DNA of 64,000 nt from the human T2T-CHM13v2.0 reference genome, Homo sapiens. A program made the position numbers and the translations under genes. Below, piece after piece: positions 13,658 to 26,045 of the stretch. Positions within the stretch are counted from its first letter, which is position 1, and each line of letters begins with the position of its first letter. The DNA is taken from assembly GCF_009914755.1 (NCBI RefSeq), contig NC_060931.1. One strand, 5' to 3'. Under the pieces are notes generated by a model that saw only the letters and a list, made by a program, of their open reading frames with translations, did not search any database and had not been told where the DNA came from.

Positions 13658-14682
13658 ATGGGGAGAAACGAGAGCAGAAAAGCTGAACATTCCAACAACC
13701 AGAACGCTTCTTCTACTCCGAAGGAACACAACTCCTTGCCAGCAAGGGAACAAAACTGGATGGAAAATGAGTTTGATGAGTTGACAGAAGTAGGATTCAG
13801 AAGGTTGGTAATAACAAACTTCTCCGAGCTAAAGGAGCATGTTCTAACCCATCACAAGGAAGCTAAAAGCCTTGCAAAAAGGTTAGATGAATGGCTAACT
13901 AGAATAACCAGTGTAGAGAAGAGCTTAAATGACATGATGGAGCGGAAAACCACAGTATGAGAACTTCAAGAAGCATACACAAGCTTCAGTAGCCAACTCA
14001 GTCAAGCGGAAGAAAGGATATCAGTGATTGAAGATCAAATTAATGAAATAAAGCAAGAACACAAGATCAAAGGAAAAAGAATAAAAAGAAATAAACAAAG
14101 CCTCCAATAAATATGGAACTATGTGAAAAGACCAAATCTACATTTGATTGGTGTACCTGAAAGTGACAGGGAGAATGGAACCAACTTAGAAAACACTCTT
14201 CAGGATATTATCCAGGAGAACTTCCCCAACCTAACAAGGCAGGCCAACATTCAAATTCAGGAAATGCAGAGAACACCGCAAAGATACTCCTTGAAAAGAG
14301 CAACCCCAAGACACATAATTGTCAGATTCACCAAGGTTGAAATGAAGGAAAAATTGTTAAGGAAAGCCATAGACAAAGCTCAGGTTACCCACAAAGGGAA
14401 GCACATCAGACTAACAGCAGATCTCTCTGCAGAAACCCTATAAGCCAGAAGAGAGTGGTGGCCAATATTCAACCTTCTTAAAGAAAAGAATTTTCAACCC
14501 AGAATCTCATATCTGGCCAAACTACGCTTAACACATGAAGGAGAAATAAAATCCTTTACAGACAAGCAAATGCTGAGAGATTTGTCACCAACAGGCCTGC
14601 CTTACAAGAGCTCCTGAAGGAAGCACTAAACATGGATAGGAACAACCAGTACCAGCCACTGCAAAAACATGCCAAATTGTAA
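13658..14682 (+). pseudogene. L1 ORF1p, disrupted
   Basis: MGRNESRKAE...; RPNLHLIGVPE; TPRHIIVRFTKVEMKEK; several in-frame stops and a frameshift. Confidence 0.93.
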
Positions 14683-14745
14683 AGACCATCGACACTATGA
14701 AGAAACTGCATCAATTAATGGGTGAAATAACCAGCTAGCATCATA

Positions 14746-17700
14746 ATGACAGGATCAAATTCACACATAACACTATTAGCCTTAAATGTAAATGGGCTAA
14801 ATGCCCCAATTAAAAGACACAGATTGGCAAATTGGATAAAGAGTCAAGACCCATCAGTGTGCTGTATTCAGGAGACCCATCTCACATATGAGACACACAT
14901 AGGCTCAAAATAAAGGGATGGAGGAAGACCTACCAAGCAAATGGAAAGCAAACATAAATAAATAAATAAAAAATAAAAATGCAGGGGTTGCAATTCTGGT
15001 CTCTGATAAAACAGACTTTAAACCAACAAATATCAGAAGAGACAAAGAAGGCCATTACATAATGGTAAAGGGATCAATTCATCAAGAAGAGCTAAGTATC
15101 CTAAATGTATTTGCACCCAATACAGGAGCACCCAGATTTGTAAAGCAAGTTCTTAGAGACCTACAAAAAGACTTATACTCCCAAACAATAATAATGGGAG
15201 ACTTTAACGCCCCACTGTCAATATTAGACAGATCAATGAGACAGAAAATTAACAAGGTTATCCGGGACTTGAACTCAGCTCTGAACCAAGTGGACCTAAT
15301 AGACATCTACAGAACTCGCCACCCCAAATCAACAGAATACACATTCTTCTCAACATCACGTTGCACTTATTCTAAAAGTGACCACATAATTGGAAGTAAA
15401 ACACTCCTCAGCAAATGTGAAAGAACGGAAATCAAAACAAACTGTCTCTCAGACTACAGTGCAATCAAATTTGAACTCAGGATTAAGAATTTCACTCAAA
15501 ACCGCACAACTCCATGGACTGAACAACCTACTCCTGAGTGACTACTGGGTAAATAGCAAAATGAAGGCAGAAGTAAAGATGTTCTTTGAGACAAATAAGA
15601 ACAAAGACACAACGTACCAGAATCTCTGGGACACATTTAAAGCAGTATGTAGAGGGAAATTTATAGCACTAAATGCCCACAAGAGAAAGCAGGAAAAATC
15701 TAAAATCGACACCCTAACATCACAATTAAAAGAACTAGAGAAGCAAGAGCAAACAAATTCAAAAGCTAGCAGAAGAAGGCAAGAAATAACTAAGATCAGA
15801 GCAGAACTGAAAGAGATAGAGACACAAAAAACCCTTCAAAAAAGCAATTTATCCAGAAGCTGGTTTTCTGAAAAGATCAACAAAATAGATTGTTCGCTAG
15901 CAAGACTAATAAAGAAGAAAAGAGAGAAGAATCAAATAGACGCAATAAAAAATGATAAAGGAGATATCACCACTGATCCCACAGAAATACAAACTACCAT
16001 CAGAGAATACTATAAACACCTCTATGCAAATAAACCAGAAAATCTAGAAGAAATGGATAAATTCCTGGAAATATACACCCTCCCAAGAGTAAACCAGGAA
16101 GAAGTGGAATCTCTGAACAGACCAATCACAGTTTCTGAAATTGAGGCAATAATTAATAGCCTACCAACCAAAAAAATCCAGGACCAAACGGATTCACAGC
16201 CGAATTCTATCAGAGGTACAGAGGAGCTGGTACCATTCCTTCTGAAACTATTCCAATCAATAGAAAAAGAGGGAATCCTCCCTAACTCATTTTATGAGGC
16301 CAGCATTATCCTAATACCAATGTCTGGTAGAGACACAACAAAAAAAGAGAATTGTAGGCCAATATCCCTGATGAACATCAATGTGAAAATCCTCAATAAA
16401 ATGCTGGCAAACCGAATCCAGCAGCACATCAAAACATCCACCACGATCAAGTTGGCTTCATCCCTGGGATGCAAGGCTGGTTCAACATATGCAAATCAAT
16501 AAATGTAATTCATTACATAAACAGAACCAATGACAAAAACCACATGATTATCTCAATAGTTGCAGAAAATGTCTTCGACAAAATTCAACAGCCTTTCACG
16601 CTAAAAACTCTCAATAAACTAGATATTGATAGAACGTATCTCAACATAATAAGAGCTGTTTATGGCAAACCCACAGCCAATATCATACTGAATGGGCAAA
16701 AACTGAAAGCATTCCGTTTGAAAACCGGCACAAGACAAAGATCCCGTCTCTCAACATTCCTATTCAACATAGTATTGGAAGTTCTGCTCAGGGAAATCAG
16801 GCAAGAGAAAGCAATAAAGAGTATTCAAATAGGAAGAGAGGAAGTCAAATTCTCTTGGTTGCAGATGACATGATTGTATATTTAGAAAACCCCACCGTTT
16901 CAGCCCAAAATCTCCTTAAGCTGATAAGCAACTTCAGCAAAGTCTCAGGATACAAAATCAATGTGCAAAAATCACAGGCATTCCTATATACCAATAACAG
17001 ACAAACAGAGAGCCAAATCATGAGTGAACTCCCGTTCACAATTGCTAAGAGAATAAAATACCTAGGAATCCAACTTACAAGGGATGTGAAGGACCTCTTC
17101 AAGGAGAACTACAAACCACTGCTCAAGGAAATAAGAAAGGACACAAACAAATGGAAAAACTTTCCATGCTCATGGATAGGAAGAATCAATATCATGAAAA
17201 TGACCTTACTGCCCAAATTAATTTATAGATTCAATGCAATCCCCATCAAGCTACCACTGACTTTCTTCACAGAATTTGAAAAAGCTCCTTTAAACTTCAT
17301 ATGGAACCAAAAAAGAGCCCGCATAACCAAGACAATCCTGGGCAAGAAGAACAAAGCTGGAGGCATCACACTTCCTGACTTCAAACTTTACGACAAGGCT
17401 GCAGTAACCAAAACAGCATGGTACTGGTACCAAAACAGATACATAGACCAACGGGACCGAACGGAGGCCTCAGAAATAACACCACACATCTACCACCATC
17501 TGATCTTTGATAAACCTGACAAAAACAAGCAATGGGGTAAGGACTCCCTATTTAATAAATGGTGTTGGGAAAACTGTCTAGCCATATACAGAAAACTGAA
17601 ACTGGACCCCTCCCCTACACCTTGTACAAAAATCAACTCAAGATGGATCAAAGAATTAAACATAAGACCTAGGACCATAAGAATCCTAGAAGAAAACCTG

Positions 17701-18614
17701 GGCAATACCATTCAGGACAGAGGCATGGGCAAAGACTTCATGTCTAAAACACCAAAAGCAATGGCAACAAAAGCCAAAATTGACAAATGGGATCTAATTA
17801 AACTAACATCCCATTCTTATATACCAATGTAGGAATCAAGAGCTTCTGCATTGCAAAAGAAACTACCATCAGAGTGAACAGGCAACCTACAGAATGGGAG
17901 AAAATTTTTGCAGTCTACCCATCTGACAAAGGGCTAATATCCAGAATCTACAAAGAACTTAAACAAATTTACAAGAAAAAAGCAAACAACCCCACCAAAA
18001 AATGGGCAAAGGATATGAACAGACACTTCTCAAAAGAAAACATTTGTGCAGCCAACAGACACATTAAAAATGCTCATCACCACTGGTCATTAGAGAAATG
18101 CAAATCAAAACCACAATAAGATACCATCTCATGCCAGTTAGAATGGCTATCATTAAAAAGTCAGGAAACAACAGATGCTGGAAAGGATATGGAGAAATAG
18201 GAACACTTTTACACTGTTGGGAGTGTAAAATTAGTTCAACCATTGTGGAAGACAGTGTGGCGATTCCTCAAGGATCTAGAACTAGAAATACCATTTCACC
18301 TGGCAATCCCATTACTGGGTTTATAGTCAAATGATTATAAATCATTCTATGATAAAGAGACATGTACATGTACATTTATTGTGGCATTGTTCACAATAGC
18401 AAAGACTTGGAACCAACCCAAATGTCCACCAATGGTAGATTGGATTAAGAAAATGTGGCACATATACACCATGGAATACTATGCAGCCATAAAAAAAGAT
18501 GAGTTCATGTCCTTTGCAGGGACATGGATGAAGCTGGAAACCATCATTCTCAGCAAACTATCCCAAGATCAGAAAACCAAACACCACATGTTTTCACTCA
18601 TAAGAGGGAGTTGA
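14746..18614 (+). pseudogene. L1 ORF2p (endonuclease/reverse transcriptase), disrupted
   Basis: [24 protein letters not shown] (RT motif), KYLGIQLT; split over about 7 ORF fragments. Confidence 0.95.
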
Positions 18615-20496
18615 ACAATGAGAACACATGGACACAGGGAGGGGAACATCACACACCAGGGCCTCTGGGGGTTGAGGGACTAGGGGAAGGATAACATTAG
18701 GAGAAATACCTAATGACGGGTTGATGGGTGCCACAAACCACCATGGCACATGTATACCTATGTAACAAAACCGCATGTTATGCACATGTCACCCAGAAAT
18801 TGAAGTATAATTAAAAAAAAAGAAATATCTGAGACTGGGTAATTTATAAAGAAAAGATATTTAATTGGTTCATGGTTCTACAAGCTGTACAGGAAGCATG
18901 TCAGTGCCTTCCTTCTTCTGGGGATGCTTCAGGCAAAGTGGGAGCAAGCATCTTACATGGCAGGAGTAGGAAAGAGAGATAGGGAGGAGGCACTACACAC
19001 TTTAAAACAACAAGATCTCCTAAAGACTCACTCACTATACAGTACCAAGGGGGGATGGTGCTAAACTATTCATGAGAACTTCACCCCCATGATCCAATCA
19101 CCTCCCACCAGGCCCCACCCCCTACACTGTGTATTACAATTAGACATGAGATTTGAGCAGGGACAGAAATACAAACTATATCATTCTGCCCCTGACCCTT
19201 CCCAAATCTCATGTCCTTTTCACATTGCAAAATACCACCATGCCTTCCCAACAGTCCCCCAAAGTCTTAACTTATTTCAGCATAAACTCAGAAGACCAAA
19301 GTCACATCTGAGAGAAGGCTAGTCCTTTTCACCTATGAGTCTGTAAAATAAAAACAAGTTAGTTGCTTGCAAGATACAATGAGAGTAAAGGCATAAGGCA
19401 AATACTCCCATTCCAAGAGGGAGAAATTGCCCAAAAGAAAGGAGCTAAGGGCCCCATTTGAGGACAAGGAGTCTTTCCAGGGCACACTGGCGCAAGAGGT
19501 AGGCTTCTGAACCCTTAGGTGGTTCCGCCGCTGTGGCTTTGCAGGGTTCAGCCCCACAAATGATCTCATGGGCTGGCATTGAGTTATCTGTGGCCTTACC
19601 AGGTGCAGGGTGCAAACTGTCAGTGGCCCTACCTTTCTTGGGTCTGGAAGATGGTGGCCCTCTTCTCACAGCTCCATGATGCAGAGCCTCAGTCTGGACT
19701 CTGTGTGGGGGCTCCAAGCTCACATTTTCCATGTGCACTGCCCTAGTAGAGGTTCTCCATGAGAGCTCTGCCCCTGCAGCAGGCTTCTGCCTGGACATCC
19801 AGGCTTTTACATACATCCTCTAAAATCTAGGTGGAAGCCCCCAAGCCTCAACCCTTGCATTCTGTGCACCTGCAGGCCTAACACCATGTGGCATCTGCCA
19901 ATGTTTACTGCTTGCACCCTTTGAATTAGTGACTGGAGCTGAACTTGGACCCCTTTGAGCCATGGCTGGAGCTGGAGTGGCTGGTATACAGGGAGCAGTG
20001 TTCCAGGGACCCACAGGGTAGCAGGGACCTAGGCCTGGCCCATTAAACCATTTTATCCTCCTAGGCTTCTGGGCCTATGATGAGAGGGGCTGCTGCAAAG
20101 GTCTCTGAAATGCCTTTGAGGCCTTTTCCCTATTGTCTTGTCTATCAATCCTTGGCTCCTCTTTACTAAAGCAAATTTCTGCAGCCTGATTTAATTGTTC
20201 CCCTGAAAATGGGCTTTTCTTTTCTACCACATTGCTAGGCTGCAAATTTTCCAATCTTTTATGTTCTGCTTCTCTTTTAAATATAAGTTTCAGTTTTAGG
20301 TCTTTTCCTTGCTCACACATATGAGCTTAGGCTGTTAGAAGCAGCCAGGTCAATTCTTGAATGCTTTGCTGTTTAGAAATTTCATCTGCTAGATACCCTA
20401 AATCATCACTCTCAAGTTCAAAGTTCCACACATCCCTAGAGCAGGGGCACAATACTGCCATTCTCTTTACTAAAGCATAGCAAAAGTGAGCTTTGT

Positions 20497-20760
<264 letters not shown>

Positions 20761-21241
20761 TCATTTCCATCTGAGACCTCCTCAACCTGGACTTCATTGT
20801 CCATGTTACTATCAGTATTTTGCTCACAGCAATTTAATAAGTATCTAGGAAGTTCCAACTTTTCCCTTATCTTCCTTTCTTTTTCTGAGCCCTCTGTACT
20901 TTTCTACCTCTGGCTGTTACTCAATTGCAAAGCTGCTTCCACATTTTCAGGTATCTTTATAGCAGTGCCCTATTCCTAGTACCAATTTTCTGTATTAGCC
21001 CATTCTTGCACTGCTATAAAGAAATACCTGAGACTGGGTAATTTATAAAGAAAAGAAGTTTAATTGGCTCATGATTCTGCAGACTGTAGAGTAAACATGG
21101 CAGCATCTGCTTCTGAGGAAGCCTCAGGGAGCTTTCATTCATGGTGGAAGCTGCTGTGGGAGCAGGCATCTTACCAGGCAGGAGAAGGACCAAGAGAGAG
21201 AGAGGAGAGGTGCCATACATTTCTAAACAACAACATCTCAG

Positions 21242-21353
21242 GAGAACTCACTTATTGTACAGTACCAAGGAGGCATAGAGCTAAACCATTCATGAGAACT
21301 CACTCATTATACAGTACCAAGGAGGCATAGAGCTAAACCATTCATGAGAACTC
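21242..21353. repeat. 52-bp tandem duplication in the MST LTR
   Basis: gagaactcact(t/c)att(g/a)tacagtaccaaggaggcatagagctaaaccattcat x2, bounded by gagaactc microhomology. Confidence 0.9.
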
Positions 21354-21787
21354 TGCCCTCATGATCAAATCACCGGCCACCAGGCCCCACCTCCAACACT
21401 GGGGATTGCAATTCAACATGAGATTTGGGTGGGGACACAGATCCAAACCATATCTTCAGGACTTCCAATTGTTTTCTCATGTAAAACAGAGTGGAATTGA
21501 ACTTTTAAATAGATGAATTTGAAGCCATAAAAATACCAAAGAAGAGAAGAAAATTTTAAAAATTCTTAAATAAAGGAGATTGTTTCCAAGTCAAAAACAA
21601 AACCCAGATACTGTAGAAGGACTTTTTATTTTGGCTGTATAAAACTGAGAAACATTTAAAGTAGTATTACATTGGTAAAAAAGAAAAAAAAATAATCAAA
21701 TGCTTGTTAAGTATCAACTCTCTAAAGTTAATCTATGAATTTAGGGCTAAACTAACTGAAATACAAATAAGTTAGCAAGAAATATGG

Positions 21788-23782
21788 TTGTTGTTGATTT
21801 GGTTTTTTGTTTGCTTTAAACAAATCAATATTTATTGAAATAAATATTAGATAATTTGTACAGATTTCTTTTCACACCCCATAGCATAGAGAAATGGTTT
21901 TTTAATGTTTCAAATGTCTCCACCTGATCACGTCAAACTTCAATTATGTTTTAAGTAACAGTGAACCAATTAATTAAATTAAAATGCAATTCTTATACAA
22001 TCCAATTCTAGAGGGTCCAATGAACTGGGAACAATATATTCTTAAGAATTATATTAAAGCCATCTATATTCTGGAAGCACTATCTTAGAATAATTATGTA
22101 AAACTTCTATGAGAGTAAATGTAACATCAATTAAGTAACAAAGTAAATTAAAAAGGCATCACTCAGAATTTTAATTTAAAGGGAGAAAATACATCAGGCA
22201 TCTTTCTCTGTCTGTGGGTGTTCTGAAGTTGGATGCTCTAAATCGGAATTAAACCTGCACATCTTCTTGCATCCCTGAGCCCTCACAGATCACCCCTCTG
22301 CTCCACTGGGGACTGGAGGGTGCCCGGGGTACTCTGACCCTCATAGGCTGACACTGTGGGCCATATGTAGGATAGCAGGCCTTGGAAAAGGCTGGATCTC
22401 AAATTCTAATTCAACAAATCTTTGCTTGAACATTTTCTTTCCTTAGATTCTTAAACTTTCTGTTGATCAACAGGCCTGTCAACCAATTTTCTTGAGTTAG
22501 TTTCTCATGGGAGCTGACCTGTCTTTTGTTGAATAAAATGGTGCTTTCCATTTTCTTTCTCCTGGTCTTTGTTTTTTTCCTGTAACAGTCAAGCTTTTGC
22601 TGTATAAGGCTGATGCATTCATATACAATAGGACATTTCTCTTTTTTCTAAGCAGTCAATTCTCTTCTCCCACTGATTTTTTGCAAAGTTGCGTTTCACA
22701 TTCTGTATGTAGTTTAGGCAGGGTCTGAAGTACCACATGCAGGTTTTGATTCTAACTTCCAAGCTGCATTTTCACCACTGCTTGGTTAGAGACTTTTGAT
22801 TTAAACTACAGATCTTTTATGCTTTTTTTTTTTTTTTTTTTTGCATAGCTTGTAAAATACTTTTTTTTCTTTTCTCTTTTTAGTTCTTTTAAATCAACAT
22901 TTAAGTTAACATTATCAATGAAGTTTCATCAAGCTGATACCCGACTTATCCTCTTAGTCTCCGTTTATCGATTCATCCTCTCTTTCTAATTCCTTGTGGC
23001 TGTTAGCATGTAATATATACATAAAGCAGATAAATGTATCATCTTCAGCACAGATTCAGTCAGAGATTTTAATTGGCTGTCTTTCTCATTTACATCTGGT
23101 TTCCTTGTGTTTTGAAGTTTTCAAGCATTTCTTTCTGTTCTTTTAGCACTCATACTCTTTCTGTTTACCAAACGTCTTCTTGGGTGAGTAGTTTTCAGCT
23201 TTCTTGAAGGTAAACAGTTTCTTCAAAACCATTAACTGTTTCCCTATGATGTTGTAGTGTATTCTTCTGAGATGCTTTTGAAATAATCTTGGCCCCAATC
23301 ACATGGAACCAGAGAACTTCTGATGCCTCTTTGAGTGATTGTGTCTGTTATTTAAGACTGTCCATCACCACCCAATGGAATAAAATTTAGGAGACTTTTC
23401 TGGTTTTGGTCAAGAAGGTCTACTGTATCTCCTTGTGAAAATGTGGACTTACTCATATCTTTACAAAGTTTTCCCAAACACAGATTTTGTGACTTCAGAA
23501 GGCTGGCCTCCACTGCAGGTGACTCAAGAACTTGAAAGGCTATGTAATGAGTCTGTTCTTCTCACTAATTTTATGACACTTTTCAACTCAGACAGAAAAT
23601 CTTTTGGCTAGCTCATTTCCATTATTTTATTGTACAGCCCATCAAAGCAGCATTTTCTTGGAAAGGGACACTGAAACAGACTTGAGCCTTGTGTCCATAA
23701 TTCAGACAACACCGTTACAGCACTGCATAGCTGCCACAGGACTAGCTGGAAGGACACTTTTTGTGGCCACCAGCAAGCCCTC
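21788..23782 (-). pseudogene. Ancient processed pseudogene of the cTAGE5/MIA2 family
   Basis: Manual minus-strand translation is colinear with cTAGE5: FQLVLWQLCSAVTVLSE~LGLVLEELRRVVAALPE; LQES*KLLTQEDVW~LQESQKQLLQEAEVW; NEKDSQLKSLTESVLKM~NDKESHIKTLTERLLKM; SHEKLTQENWLT..NLRKEN~SHEKKAHDNWLA..DLRKEN; GTLQSPVEQ~GSLSSPVEQ. Intronless; AATAAA at 21836-21831; decayed A tail 21788-21817; many stops and frameshifts. Confidence 0.85.
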
Positions 23783-24129
23783 TGTCTTAGTCAGTTCAGG
23801 CCACTATAACAGAATACCAAAGACTGAGTACCTTAAACAACAAACATTTATTTCTCACAGTTCTGGAAGCTGGGGAGTCCAAGATCTAGGTGCTGGTCTC
23901 GAAGGCTCATTTCCTTGTTTGCAAATGGCTGCCTCCTCAGATGGCATAGAGCAAAGAGAAATAGCTCTCTGGTCTCTTTATCCCCTTCTAAGGGCACTTA
24001 TCTCATTCCTGAGGGCTCTACCCTCATGACCTAATTGAACTTCCAAATACCATCACATTGGGGAATTTAGGCTTTAATACATATATGGTTGGGTTTGGGG
24101 TGAGGAACAGAAATATTCAGATCATGGCA
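23783..24129 (-). mobile_element. MaLR solo LTR (MLT1A/MSTD-like)
   Basis: tgtcttagtcagttcagg...tttatttctcacagttctggaagctgg...atattcagatcatggca. Confidence 0.85.
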
Positions 24130-24849
24130 CTCTTTCTGGCTTCAGTGGGCACTGCAGCTCTGCTTCTGGCCAGCTGCCTGTGGGCTACAACTGCCTACCC
24201 AGACCTTGTCCTTGACAACTAGGGCAGACCCTCAGAGGGGTTTCAGCAGGGTCCACACTTAACAAACAAAAATAAAAAGTGCTCTCTAACTTTGCTCTAA
24301 ATTTGCACATGCAGAAAGGGTTCTTATTTGTGTAGTACATTGGGGGAAAGGGAAAAAGCCTATTATACCCAGAACGGACCAGCCTGTGAGCTGTAAGCAA
24401 TTTAGGCCTACTCGTCTTCACAGGAAACCTCAGGGATTCAAGCAGTAACATGCCCTCACCAAACCTATAGAACAGAGTGGATAAACCTGGCTTTCTAGTT
24501 CTGCTTCTGCCTCTTCAATAGCTTCATGACATGGGTCAAAACAGCTTCAATAGCTTCAAAATAGGTTCAGTAGCTTCAAAAATATAATCAATATTTGAGG
24601 AAAGCAATATACAACATAAATCAACTTCCTATAGAACATCGTATTTAAGCCTTACTATCTTATGAGGTTAACCCTCCTAGGAGGTTGCTAAATCTAACTG
24701 ATAACCTTTAGGTTAAATGGCTTGTGTAAGGGCACAGTTTATTAAGTTTGGGGATTGTATTCTGAATCAAAATCATCTGAGTCCAATACAGATTTCCTTG
24801 TAAATAATATATTCCTTAATGTGGATACCTCCCTGCTTTCTGCCTCCTG

Positions 24850-25430
24850 CTTTTAATTGTGATAAAAATATGTAACATTAAATTTACAATCTTAACCATT
24901 TTTAAGTGTACAGTTTATCAATATTATGTTCACATTGTTGTGCAAAAGATGTCTAGAACTCTCTGATATTGCAAAACTAAAACTCTACACCATTATACAC
25001 CAACTCCGCCTCTCCATTCTCCCCCAGCCTTTGGCAACGACTTTTCTCTTATGTTTCTATGATTTTGACTACTTTAGATGTTTCATATGAATGGAATCTC
25101 ATGCACTCAATCATACAGTATTTGTCCCTTTGGGACTGGCATATTTGCTTATCATAATCTCCTTAAGGTTCAAATATGTTGTAATTCATATTACATAACA
25201 TTTCACTGTATGTATACACCACATTTTCTTTAGCCATTCATCTTTCGGTAGACCTTTGGGTTGCTTCCTTTTCTTGGCTATTATGAATAATGTGGCAATA
25301 AAAATGGGTGTGCAAATATTTATTGGATTCTAATTTGAGTTCTTTTGGATATGCACCCAGTAGTGGGATTGCTGGGTCATATGGTAATTCTATTTTCAAT
25401 TTTTTGAGGACGCTTCATATTGTTTTCCTC
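24850..25430 (-). mobile_element. L1MB-type 3' end
   Basis: aatttacaatcttaaccatttttaagtgtacagtt...gggattgctgggtcatatggtaattctatttt. Confidence 0.88.
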
Positions 25431-26045
25431 CGCCCTTTAAAATAGGATGTAATAAACAATTTATAAGGACCATCCAATAAAAAAATTATCAGTCCCTTTA
25501 TGATTCCTTTTTGCCTTTTTTTATTATAATGGCAAAGTGATCATTTTAATAACATGTATCATTTTTTCTTACCTAGGGTAAGAATGTATCATTTATTACT
25601 TACCTAGGGTTAATGGAAGAACTTAAGTTTTAATGTTTATTATCCATTCCGTTACTGCTTTCAGCTCAACAGGAATATGGAGAAACACTTATTAAATATT
25701 AACTGACAAACTGCTTTTCTTTCTTTTCAAAACTTAGTCCTCAGAATTATGCTGAAGAGATGCTTTGTAGAAGGAATTGGAATAATTTTAATAAATAATT
25801 AAATATCTTGAAACAAATAATTTTTATTTTCCTTGGGTATAAATATTTATTTTGCTTGGTTATAAATCATATAATATTTTAAAGAAAAATATTTTTATTT
25901 CATATTTTTATTTCTCTTGTTTGCATTTCTAAATCTGATAGAAGTTATTAAGGCAGATAAATTATTACTGTTGAACATGTTGTTACTATGGTTTCAGATC
26001 TACCATTTTTTATTAATTGATCCCCAATTTGAGGATAAGCCTATT

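Larger units (their letters stand above)
12652..18818 (+). mobile_element. Full-length inactive L1PA (about L1PA7/PA8)
   Basis: 5' UTR starts at the caagatggccgaa YY1 motif; ORF1, ORF2, 3' UTR and short A tail; 15-bp TSD aaagaaata(c/t)ctgag at 12637-12651 and 18819-18833. Confidence 0.96.

Noticed and set aside
13658-18614. Long ORFs (up to 370 aa) suggesting an active L1
   Set aside because: ORF1 and ORF2 carry multiple stops, frameshifts and insertions, so the element cannot retrotranspose
23604-24029. 141-aa plus-strand ORF
   Set aside because: Chimera of antisense pseudogene sequence and LTR, with a non-ATG start
24510-24580. Short repeated agcttcaa words (also a 20-bp duplication at 12134-12184)
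   Set aside because: Ordinary slippage duplications with no spacer structure; not CRISPR-like
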